Shown here one piece after another: positions 36,908 to 44,399 of a DNA stretch of 64,000 nucleotides. The stretch lies in IMG/VR virus record IMGVR_UViG_3300045988_115788, one strand, 5' to 3'. How positions within the stretch are numbered: position 1 is the stretch's first letter; every line of letters begins with the position of its first letter. The translations under genes were made by a program, and so were the position numbers. The DNA is from a virus. The notes beneath the pieces were generated by a model that saw nothing but the letters and a program-made list of their open reading frames with translations, had not been told where the DNA came from and ran no database searches.

Positions 36908-36962
36908 AGCCTTGCAAATCAGGAACGGAAAAAACCGGTTTGATTGCAAGGCTTGTTTTTTT
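36908..36962 (+). ncRNA. promoter-proximal hairpin + U-tract: ~50-nt small RNA or attenuator
   Basis: AGCCTTGCAAATCA...TGATTGCAAGGCT (13 bp, one bulge) followed by TGTTTTTTT, starting at the predicted +1 of promoter 36879..36907. Confidence 0.5.
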
Positions 36963-36964
36963 AA

Positions 36965-37310
36965 GAAAAATTTGTTATCGGTTAGCATGGCAACAAAAAA
37001 ATCTCTTAAGAGCAAGTGCAAACCTTGAAAAATAGTGGTGGATTGCTAAACACCCAATAAAGTATAATTTTTATTGAAAAGTATGCGGCTGGATTAAGTC
37101 GATAGCAAATTTTTTTGTTGAAAAGTATCTTTTAAGTTCGATATTTGGCAATAAAAGATACTTTTCGCCGGAGTTATTTGGTTTTGTGATAACAAATATT
37201 TGTTGTACAAAATGCACAAATTAGGTATTTATCATTAACAAATATCTTTCAATGATTGATACTTGTTTTTGAAAAAACATTTGATTTTGGTGAATATTTG
37301 TTATTATCAA
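36965..37310. repeat. iteron-like repeat field (candidate origin or regulatory region)
   Basis: TTGAAAAGTAT x2 plus an inverted copy; 14-bp perfect IR 37120-37133/37153-37166; palindrome AACAAATATTTGTT 37191-37204; GATAACAAA words in both orientations. Confidence 0.45.
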
Positions 37311-37439
37311 ATCGGGTTCGCGTTCGCGTCGCATTACGTTGTTTTTAAAATTCTGGGGCAAATAAAAAATTCCCCCAGATATATACATTAAGTATTTATT
37401 GGTGTACTATATAATGTATAATATTATTTTATTAAGGAG

Positions 37440-38120
37440 ATGATTGTTATTTTAAAAGATTTAACAGGAAAGCGCTTCGGACGTTTATTTGTTGTTGGCC
37501 CTGCTCCCAGAAAGAATAATCGAACTGCTTGGCGTTGTAGATGTAATTGTGGAAACTATACAGATGTTTTAACTCGCAATTTAACAACAGGAAACACAAA
37601 GTCTTGTCGTTGCCTTGAAAAAGATGTTTTTAAACCTAATTTATATTCTTTAGGAGATAAAGTTAGCATAGGTTATTGTGCAAATGGGAGAATTTTTCTT
37701 TTTGATACCGAAGACTATGACAGAATTAAAAAATATAAATGGCGCTCAAATAAAAAAGGATATATTTCAACTCAAATCAACGGAAGAACAACAAGTTTAC
37801 ATCGTTTTATTTTGAACGTGGACAAAGAAAAAGAAGTTGACCATATCGAAGGAAAACCCTGGGACAACCGAAAAGAAAAACTACGAATCGTAACTCATCA
37901 AGAGAATATGATGAATAGAAAAAAGTCTGCTAGAAATTCAACTGGTGTTACAGGGGTTAGCATTGATAAAGACACAGGAAAATTTCGTTCTGAAATTTAT
38001 TATAATGGGAAGAAGTATTCGTTAGGTCGCTTCAAAACTTTGGAAGAAGCAAAACGAGTAAGAATACAAGCAGAAGAAGAATTTTTTAAAGACTACGCTA
38101 GGAAGGAAGAGTTTAGATGA
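37440..38120 (+). CDS. free-standing HNH-AP2 homing endonuclease (paralog of 22305..22994)
   Basis: WRCRCNCG...SCRC, LHRFIL...VDHIEGKPWDNRKEKLRIVTHQEN, AP2-like TGVTGVSIDKDTGKFRSEIYY. Confidence 0.8.
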   Translation: MIVILKDLTGKRFGRLFVVGPAPRKNNRTAWRCRCNCGNYTDVLTRNLTTGNTKSCRCLEKDVFKPNLYSLGDKVSIGYCANGRIFLFDTEDYDRIKKYKWRSNKKGYISTQINGRTTSLHRFILNVDKEKEVDHIEGKPWDNRKEKLRIVTHQENMMNRKKSARNSTGVTGVSIDKDTGKFRSEIYYNGKKYSLGRFKTLEEAKRVRIQAEEEFFKDYARKEEFR

Positions 38121-38398
38121 ACATCGAGCTGTACAGGGAGGGGGTCGCAAAGTTCTACACCGAAGACGAACGGAAGAAAATGAAGCAAGCCATGACAACG
38201 TTTAAAGAAAAGCTTGTGGAAAAGCTCGGTTTGTTCTACGATGAAACAGAAATGACACAAGAAGAGCGCGTAGCTTATGCAGAGCATGAAGTCTCTTTGT
38301 TTTTGATTGAGGCTCTTGTTGCTAAGATGTACGAGGAAGGTGTACCAAAAGAAGAAATTCTGGAGGTGCAAAACAACTTGTGGAATCCTTTTGATTGA
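38117..38398 (+). CDS. hypothetical protein
   Basis: 93-aa ORF overlapping the HNH stop (ATGA). Confidence 0.5.
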   Translation: MNIELYREGVAKFYTEDERKKMKQAMTTFKEKLVEKLGLFYDETEMTQEERVAYAEHEVSLFLIEALVAKMYEEGVPKEEILEVQNNLWNPFD

Positions 38399-38640
38399 GC
38401 CAGAAAATTTAATTTTATTTTTCTGTTGAAGGAATAAGTCAAAAGTTTTGTCGCCAAAACCACCCCTTCACGAGCCAGAAAATTCAAATCGAAAATCGAG
38501 ACTGAGATTCAAAATTAGATTTATTACCGCCAAAACTACCCCTATCAAATAAAAACAGAAAACTTGTTAATAAATGACAAAAACAGCTTGAAGAGCCAGA
38601 AAATTGAAATTTAAAATCGAGATTGATGTTTTTTATTTGT
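38397..38640. repeat. interleaved A/B direct repeats
   Basis: A = GAGCCAGAAAATT at 38397, 38473, 38593 (copies 2 and 3 extend to ..AAAATCGAGAyTGA); B = CGCCAAAACyACCCCT at 38452, 38528. Confidence 0.6.
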
Positions 38641-38706
38641 AGGAGTTTAATTTTAATTGTGGCTTCGAGCGGACAAAGTTCTGAAAAATTTTTTCAAAAA
38701 AAAGAC

Positions 38707-38735
38707 TTGACAAATCAAGAAAAATATGGTATAGT
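38707..38735 (+). promoter_or_regulatory. sigma-A-type promoter with extended -10
   Basis: TTGACA-17-TGgTATAGT; ~45 nt nearly identical to the promoter at 39022. Confidence 0.7.
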
Positions 38736-38761
38736 AAATACAATTAAAGGAGGTGAATAAA

Positions 38762-39013
38762 ATGCTGATTGAAACTACTGAAGATTTTAAAACAGCAAAG
38801 AATGTAATTCTAAAAGGGGGCATCCAAACAATTACCCCTCATGCAGGTACAAATATTAAAGTTCTAGCATACAAGGATGAAATGCTTTTTCTTGAAGTTG
38901 AATCTAATTACATTAAAGAAGTTATTCTTAATCTAAAGACTGGAACGAAGTATTGGTTATCTACCGAACCCGTGTCCTATATATTATATAAAATACGGGA
39001 CAGAAAATTTTAA
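38762..39013 (+). CDS. hypothetical protein
   Basis: AAAGGAGG SD before the ATG at 38762 (track GTG at 38753). Confidence 0.5.
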   Translation: MLIETTEDFKTAKNVILKGGIQTITPHAGTNIKVLAYKDEMLFLEVESNYIKEVILNLKTGTKYWLSTEPVSYILYKIRDRKF

Positions 39014-39021
39014 AAAAGGGC

Positions 39022-39050
39022 TTGACAAATTAAGAAAAATATGATATAGT
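39022..39050 (+). promoter_or_regulatory. sigma-A-type promoter of the tRNA cluster
   Basis: TTGACA-17-TGaTATAGT, ~20 nt upstream of the first tRNA. Confidence 0.7.
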
Positions 39051-39070
39051 AAATACAGAAATTAAGAAAC

Positions 39071-39147
39071 GGGCCTTTAGCTCAGTTGGTTAGAGCCTCC
39101 AGCTCATAACTGGAAGGTCGTGGTTTCGATTACCACAGGGCCCACCA
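39071..39147 (+). tRNA. tRNA with CAU anticodon (Met or lysidine-Ile), canonical cloverleaf, encoded CCA
   Basis: GGGCCTT/AGGGCCC acceptor, GCTC-AGTTGGTTA-GAGC D arm, loop CTCATAA, GTGGT-TTCGATT-ACCAC T arm. Confidence 0.85.
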
Positions 39148-39148
39148 T

Positions 39149-39223
39149 TGCGGGTTGAGTGTTGGCGCTCCGCTTGGTCTCATAAGCCAAGTTACCTCAG
39201 TTCGATTCTGGGACTCGCTTCCA
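39149..39223 (+). tRNA. second CAU-anticodon tRNA-like gene with non-canonical D region
   Basis: Identical loop CTCATAA, T arm CTCAG-TTCGATT-CTGGG, encoded CCA; U1:U72 mismatch; D region folds as 5-bp stem + TTGG loop. Confidence 0.55.
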
Positions 39224-39375
39224 CCCCATTTCAGCCACAATGACCTACGGGCTCGTGGCTGAAATGTTAAAACTTGTATCTACGCTGAAACTGTGCAAGC
39301 TCCTAACTCTTCGAGAAGGATGAAGGTGATTCAGCTCAAAGTTGGCAGTCTTTGAGAAGTTAAAACTGCCTCTAT

Positions 39376-39450
39376 ACTGGTGTAGCTCAATTGGTAGAGC
39401 GACTGCCTTGTAGCAGCAGGTCGGGGGGTCGAGTCCGTCCACCAGCTCCA
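39376..39450 (+). tRNA. tRNA-Thr(UGU)-like gene with aberrant anticodon arm
   Basis: D arm TAGCTCAATTGGTAGAGC and CTTGTA loop core resemble Firmicute tRNA-Thr; loop is 6 nt (or 9 in alternative fold); A1:C72 mismatch; encoded CCA. Confidence 0.5.
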
Positions 39451-39613
39451 GCGCAGATTGTTGAGTGATTTAACTGCGTGTAAACAAAAATAAAATCACA
39501 TTGCAAAAAGATTTTCCTTCGGGAGTAGCCAAAGATATGTTAGAGATAAGTATTTTTGGCGATTAAGCAAATCTGTTTGCGGTAAGCAGGGTATGAACCA
39601 AAAACCGCTTTAT

Positions 39614-39693
39614 GGCAAAGGTGATGTAACAGCAAACCATCTTAGTTTTGCGATGACTAAGTTATGCGGGTTGGAGTCCCGCCCTTGCCGCCA
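39614..39693 (+). tRNA. tRNA-like gene, anticodon GCG (Arg) in best fold
   Basis: Acceptor GGCAAAG/CCTTGCC (one mismatch), D stem GATG/CATC, loop TTGCGAT, T arm GCGGG-TTGGAGT-CCCGC, encoded CCA; lacks D-loop GG, has G at T-loop position 56. Confidence 0.45.
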
Positions 39694-40018
39694 ACACGCA
39701 TTGAAAATTAAATAGTAAATTCTTTGGTTCTCTATCTCCTCCGTTGTTTAATTTTTCATTTATCTCCTTTCTTTTTTGTTTTTGCTATTTAGTTTATCAA
39801 TGCGTTATATCGGGCAACAAACCGCATGAAGTTTGAAGCCTGCTGATGATTTGTTTTTAGAAAAAGCGCTTTTATGGTTCTCTTCCCCCATCGAATCATT
39901 TAAGCGCTTTTTCTGTACTCCCTGTAAAAAATGTGAAAATGAAGCAAAAACTCGCTGTAAAAAGTGTAAATTGTGATTATCAATAAAACACTGGCTTGTT
40001 TTTTGTATTAATTACCTA

Positions 40019-40047
40019 TTGTAAAGAAGGGAAAGAAGTTGTATAAT
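40019..40047 (+). promoter_or_regulatory. sigma-A-type promoter in front of the TnpB remnant
   Basis: TTGTAA-17-TGtTATAAT. Confidence 0.5.
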
Positions 40048-40073
40048 ACAATTTAGAAAGGAGGCGAAGTAAC

Positions 40074-40326
40074 ATAATTAAGTCCTTTAAGATACGTTTA
40101 TATCCAACAAAAGAACAAGAAGCGGCTGAAATATAAATCTGAATGGGCTGGTATTGAATTTGTTCAGGTTAGTAGATTCTATCCAAGTTCTAAAACTTGT
40201 TCTTACTGTGGCAGTGTTAAAAAAGATTTGAAATTAAGTGATAGAACTTATATTTGTAATATGTGTGGCGCAGTAATTGACCGTGATTACAATGCCGCTA
40301 TTAACCTTAGTAGATATGTAATTTAA
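40074..40326 (+). pseudogene. tnpB: internally deleted TnpB remnant
   Basis: N-terminal IKSFKIRLYPTKEQE fused out of frame to C-terminal FYPSSKTCSYCGSVKKDLKLSDRTYICNMCGAVIDRDYNAAINL (Zn ribbon + last RuvC motif). Confidence 0.75.
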
Positions 40327-40445
40327 ACAGAGAAATTGCAATCTTGAGGTGTCGTTACACCTGTATGTTGTGGAGGGTTACACAAACTTGAGTAGCTTTG
40401 GCGAAAGAGAATCCAATGAAACAGTAAGTTGATTTTTAATTAACA
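40327..40445 (+). ncRNA. omega-RNA-like right end of the TnpB remnant
   Basis: Structured tail; CACAAACTTGAGTAGCTTTGGC is homologous to 58910-58936 downstream of the other remnant. Confidence 0.4.
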
Positions 40446-40473
40446 TAACGAAAAATATAAGGAGGTCAACGGA

Positions 40474-41010
40474 ATGAAAAAGTTGATTGTTATGATTCTT
40501 GCAGGTATGATGGTATTGAGTATGGCGGCTTGCGAAAATCAGCCATCAGAAGAAGCAAGTAGTGAATCATTAACTCAAAACGCAACTCAGGAAGAGAGTT
40601 TTTATCTAAGCCCCAATACTATGGTCGCTCTTCAGCGTTGTTATAATAATCTTAAAGAACTGGGCGATGCTGGTATGGTTATTTGTGACGATGTGGTTGT
40701 GTTTGATGCAGGAAGCAAGAGCGGTGAAGTTGTTTGCGCTAAAGTTATGTATGCTGAATACGAAGGTGTTATTGAGGGTACAGAAATCGAAATTAGCTTT
40801 GATGAATATGGGCTGATTGATGGTATTTACGTTGAAGGCAATCCTTGCTTCATTGGCGCGAGAGAGTGGTATTTAAGCGCAGATGCGGAAACTCGAAGAA
40901 AAGCAAGCGAGAAATTTACTTGTTACAATGCCGCAAAGGTGGTATCAGAAATGCGCTCCTGGAAGGGATATGAAAGCACTTTTCTCGCAAGAAATTATCT
41001 AAAAAATTAA
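40474..41010 (+). CDS. lipoprotein
   Basis: MKKLIVMILAGMMVLSMAAC lipobox; AAGGAGG SD. Confidence 0.65.
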   Translation: MKKLIVMILAGMMVLSMAACENQPSEEASSESLTQNATQEESFYLSPNTMVALQRCYNNLKELGDAGMVICDDVVVFDAGSKSGEVVCAKVMYAEYEGVIEGTEIEISFDEYGLIDGIYVEGNPCFIGAREWYLSADAETRRKASEKFTCYNAAKVVSEMRSWKGYESTFLARNYLKN

Positions 41011-41018
41011 AAAAGTTC

Positions 41019-41047
41019 TTGACAATGCCGCAAATCTGTGCTATATT
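41019..41047 (+). promoter_or_regulatory. sigma-A-type promoter with extended -10
   Basis: TTGACA-17-TGcTATATT. Confidence 0.65.
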
Positions 41048-41077
41048 ATAGTTACAGAAACAAAGGGGGACTTAAAA

Positions 41078-41914
41078 ATGTTGAAGCAGTATGAAGCTTA
41101 TCTAAAAGCAGAACACAGAAGTCAGCGGACGATTGATTCTTATCTTGACACTTGTGCTAAGATGATGAACTATATTAGCAAAAAAGTAAGCGACATCACT
41201 TATTCTGACTTAATGGAATGGAAAGGCACTTTAGCAAATTTAAGTCCTTCTAGCGTAAACCAGAAGACTGCGGCGGTTAAGAACTTCTTCTCTTGGTGCC
41301 AGTCTGTGGGATATACTGAAAGTAATCCTGCGGCTGATATGAAACGTCTGAGAGCGAATCCTAAAGAAAGCATCTATATAGGTGCAGAAGAAATTGAAGC
41401 GTTTCTGGGCGCTTGTAGAAGTATCAGAGACAAAGCTATGCTAACTGTCATGGTGAAAACAGGTGTTCGTCAGCATGAACTTGCAAATCTTACAATTCGT
41501 TCATATCTCAAGATGAGAAACGAAGGCTCCAATTTTTTAGTAATTGTTGGTAAAGGAAATAAGGAACGTAAGATTTACTTCAGTGATGAAGTTATGGATT
41601 TAGTTGATGAGTACGTCATTTGGAGAAATAACCATGCTGTCAATAGCGACAGGTTGTTCTTGACTTTTGCTGGATTGCCGCTTAATGATTCTGGTATGAA
41701 CAGAGTTATTAAGAATACAGCCAAAAGAGCTGGACTTGCAAACGCCGAAGAGTACACTTGTCATTCGTTAAGAAGGGCTTTTGCTACCATTAAGTCGAAT
41801 AATAACGTCCCTATTGCTATTATTAGTAAAGCGTTGGGTCATTCTAATATTGCAACAACTACAAGATATATTAAAACCAATGACGAGCTTATTGAAACCG
41901 CCATGACGATGTGA
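41078..41914 (+). CDS. tyrosine recombinase (XerC/D-like integrase)
   Basis: N-terminal SAM-like domain; catalytic-domain pattern GVRQHEL...HSLRRAFAT...LGHSNIATTTRYI (R..HxxR..H..Y). Confidence 0.85.
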   Translation: MLKQYEAYLKAEHRSQRTIDSYLDTCAKMMNYISKKVSDITYSDLMEWKGTLANLSPSSVNQKTAAVKNFFSWCQSVGYTESNPAADMKRLRANPKESIYIGAEEIEAFLGACRSIRDKAMLTVMVKTGVRQHELANLTIRSYLKMRNEGSNFLVIVGKGNKERKIYFSDEVMDLVDEYVIWRNNHAVNSDRLFLTFAGLPLNDSGMNRVIKNTAKRAGLANAEEYTCHSLRRAFATIKSNNNVPIAIISKALGHSNIATTTRYIKTNDELIETAMTM

Positions 41915-41927
41915 AAGGAGTTAAATC

Positions 41928-42203
41928 ATGCCTGAGAACATTAAGTATGTTATCTCGAAGACGGAAGACAATGCGAAATTCTATCTTTGTCCGCATGAAG
42001 ATGGAAATGTAGGTTTTTATAGTTTTCCTGATGAGGAGCATTATGAATGGGAGAAAGAGAACCTATTTAACGCTGTTAAGTTTTCTACTGCCAGTCTTGC
42101 TAGAAGCTATGCTGACAGTCTTCCTAGCGCTATTGTGCAAGCCGTTATCTGGGAAGATGATGTAGGATGTTTTGGCGGCTATAAGTTAGAGGAGGAAACA
42201 TGA
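41928..42203 (+). CDS. hypothetical protein
   Basis: 91-aa ORF, AAAGGAG SD. Confidence 0.5.
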   Translation: MPENIKYVISKTEDNAKFYLCPHEDGNVGFYSFPDEEHYEWEKENLFNAVKFSTASLARSYADSLPSAIVQAVIWEDDVGCFGGYKLEEET

Positions 42204-42910
42204 GAAAGCTTACAGGACGTGATGAAGGATTTGGATTTTTGGCTCCATTTCTTAATGATTTTAAAAGAGCGTTAGACGAAGAGATGAAGTGTGATACTGG
42301 AACTGACTTCTTGTGGATGAACTACAGTGGCTCTTCTGGTTGGCATCGAGCTTTTGTTGAAGCATGTATTGACAATGAAGAAGAAGATTTACTGATGTTT
42401 TACGAGAATCTTGAATGGTTTGAGTCTGACAAATTTGATAGTTTTTTGATTGATGTTGCTGTTTTCGTTGGTGTTATTAAACATGATAAGATGATGTTTA
42501 ATGAAGCAAAAGACGAAAAGAACAGTAGTGAGATTAAAATGTTGAATGGTCTAGTTGGCGCAAGTCTCGTTGGGCTAAATGAGCGTAGTTTTATTGTCAA
42601 TAAAGATGATATGCTAGTTTGCTTTACTCTTGAAGAAGACAAAGGTGTTTGTTGTGGATTTAATGAAATCACAACAAACTTGTTCGTTAGCGAAGAAGAA
42701 CTGGATAGAAATCCAATTATTACCAGTATACAAACAGAAAGAGATGCCGGTAATAACGAAGATAGACTCATTATTACTCTTTTTGGAGAGCAGAAACAGC
42801 TTGCAGAAATTGAATCTATGTCTAGCAGTGGGTCTGGTTGGAGTTGTGGCGCAACTGTGACTCTTCACTGTCTTAAAACAAACGAAAAAGAAGTTTTAAC
42901 AAGTTGGTAA
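42200..42910 (+). CDS. hypothetical protein
   Basis: 236-aa ORF, start overlaps upstream stop (ATGA). Confidence 0.55.
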   Translation: MRKLTGRDEGFGFLAPFLNDFKRALDEEMKCDTGTDFLWMNYSGSSGWHRAFVEACIDNEEEDLLMFYENLEWFESDKFDSFLIDVAVFVGVIKHDKMMFNEAKDEKNSSEIKMLNGLVGASLVGLNERSFIVNKDDMLVCFTLEEDKGVCCGFNEITTNLFVSEEELDRNPIITSIQTERDAGNNEDRLIITLFGEQKQLAEIESMSSSGSGWSCGATVTLHCLKTNEKEVLTSW

Positions 42911-42917
42911 AAATCTC

Positions 42918-42946
42918 TTGACAAACAAAAAGAAATGTGGTATAGT
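42918..42946 (+). promoter_or_regulatory. sigma-A-type promoter with extended -10
   Basis: TTGACA-17-TGgTATAGT (the track ORF 42918 starts on the TTG of the -35 box). Confidence 0.7.
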
Positions 42947-42974
42947 AGATACACTGAAGGTGGTGGTGATACAC

Positions 42975-43229
42975 ATGATTGTCGAGTCCGATAATCGTTG
43001 CGAGTTTTGCGGCAAAAAGATGTTGACTCAAATTTATAAGGAATCTTATGGAGAGTATAACATGTTTGATTTTTGTCCTGATTGCGACGGCAGACCTGGT
43101 GGAATGGCTTACCTCAAAGTGGCGTCAAAGCCCCCTTGTTTCAGCTATGGGGATATAAGTCACACTGTGTTCCATGTAGTTAAGGGAACGCAGTTTTGCA
43201 GTAAATTTGCATCAGATGGAGTGCAGTAG
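42975..43229 (+). CDS. small zinc-ribbon protein whose 3' end runs into the IS
   Basis: ATG at 42975 after GAAGGTGGTGG; CEFCG...CPDCD ribbon; sequence past ~43090 is GC-rich IS DNA, so the C-terminus is probably IS-derived. Confidence 0.45.
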   Translation: MIVESDNRCEFCGKKMLTQIYKESYGEYNMFDFCPDCDGRPGGMAYLKVASKPPCFSYGDISHTVFHVVKGTQFCSKFASDGVQ

Positions 43230-43280
43230 TATAATATTGCTATAGAATTTAAGAGCAACAACATTATGTGAGGTGTCGAG

Positions 43281-44399
43281 ATGGAATACAGCTATAGGTT
43301 TCGTATCTATCCCAGTATCGCACAAGCGCAACAGATACGCCGGACATTTGGATGCTGTCGCTTTGTCTGGAATCACTATCTTTCGCAGCGAATAGAAGCA
43401 TACAGGGAAACAGGAAAGTCTCTTACACGATTCATGCAAGACAAAAATCTAACGTCCCTGAAGAAACAGGAGGAAACCATTTGGCTACGAGAAGTTGATG
43501 CCACGGCCTTGCAGTCCTCTCTACGGGATTTGGATATAGCTTATCGAAACTTCTTTCGGCGCGTCAAAAAGAGGGAGAAGCCCGGTTATCCAAAATTCAA
43601 AAGCAAGAAAAATCATCGGCAAAGCTATAAGAGCAAATGCGTTGGCAACAACATTAAAGTATTAGAAGGGGCTGTACAACTCCCTAAGCTAGGTAAGGTA
43701 AAATGCCAGGTCAGCAAGCATGTAGAGGGACGTATTCTGTCCGCAACCGTTAGCCAGACCCCAAGCGGAAAATACTTTGTAGCCCTGTGCTGTACAGATG
43801 TTGATATGGAGCCGCTACCATCTACAGGGGCAGCGGTCGGCATCGACATGGGGTTAAAAGCACTTGCAATTACCTCCGATGGTGTGGAGTATCCGAACCA
43901 TAAGCATCTATCCAAGAGCCAGAAGGAACTTACAAAACTCCAACGGAAACTCTCCCGAAAAACAAAGGGGAGTAACCGCTGGGATAAGGCAAAGCAAAAG
44001 GTTGCACGGCTATATGAACGGATTACAAACCAAAGAAAGGACACGTTACACAAGCTTTCCACAAAGCTCATTCGTGAAAATGATATTATTTGCATAGAAA
44101 ATTTGGCTGTCAAGAATATGGTCAAGAATCATAATTTAGCAAGAGCTATTGCAGATGCTTCATGGGGCGAGTTTCGTAGACAACTAACCTATAAAGCAAA
44201 ATGGTATGGTCGAAAGTTAGTCGTTATAGACAGATTCTATCCTTCCAGTCAGATTTGCTCTGCTTGCGGTGCAAAGTGGCCTGGAACAAAGGATTTGTCC
44301 GTTCGGGAGTGGACTTGCCCAAAGTGCAGCACGGTACATGATAGAGATGTTAATGCGGCAAAGAATATTCTAGCAGAAGGACTTCGCATGTTGGCATAA
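43281..44399 (+). CDS. tnpB: TnpB RNA-guided endonuclease (intact)
   Basis: MEYSYRFRIYPSIAQAQ N-terminus; RuvC D (VGIDMG), E (ICIENL), Zn ribbon CSACG...CPKCS, RuvC D (HDRDVNAAKNI). Confidence 0.9.
   Translation: MEYSYRFRIYPSIAQAQQIRRTFGCCRFVWNHYLSQRIEAYRETGKSLTRFMQDKNLTSLKKQEETIWLREVDATALQSSLRDLDIAYRNFFRRVKKREKPGYPKFKSKKNHRQSYKSKCVGNNIKVLEGAVQLPKLGKVKCQVSKHVEGRILSATVSQTPSGKYFVALCCTDVDMEPLPSTGAAVGIDMGLKALAITSDGVEYPNHKHLSKSQKELTKLQRKLSRKTKGSNRWDKAKQKVARLYERITNQRKDTLHKLSTKLIRENDIICIENLAVKNMVKNHNLARAIADASWGEFRRQLTYKAKWYGRKLVVIDRFYPSSQICSACGAKWPGTKDLSVREWTCPKCSTVHDRDVNAAKNILAEGLRMLA

Noticed and set aside
38397-38640. Possible CRISPR array or mini-array (also considered for the 20-bp tandem units at 31741-31790)
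   Set aside because: Only 2-3 copies, irregular spacing, and the repeats diverge from one another; there is no regular repeat-spacer architecture and no cas genes in the window.
39245-39442. 65-aa minus-strand ORF from the track
   Set aside because: It is the antisense reading of the tRNA-Thr-like gene and the structured spacer (the typical ...VALPIELH... tRNA shadow); there is no SD.
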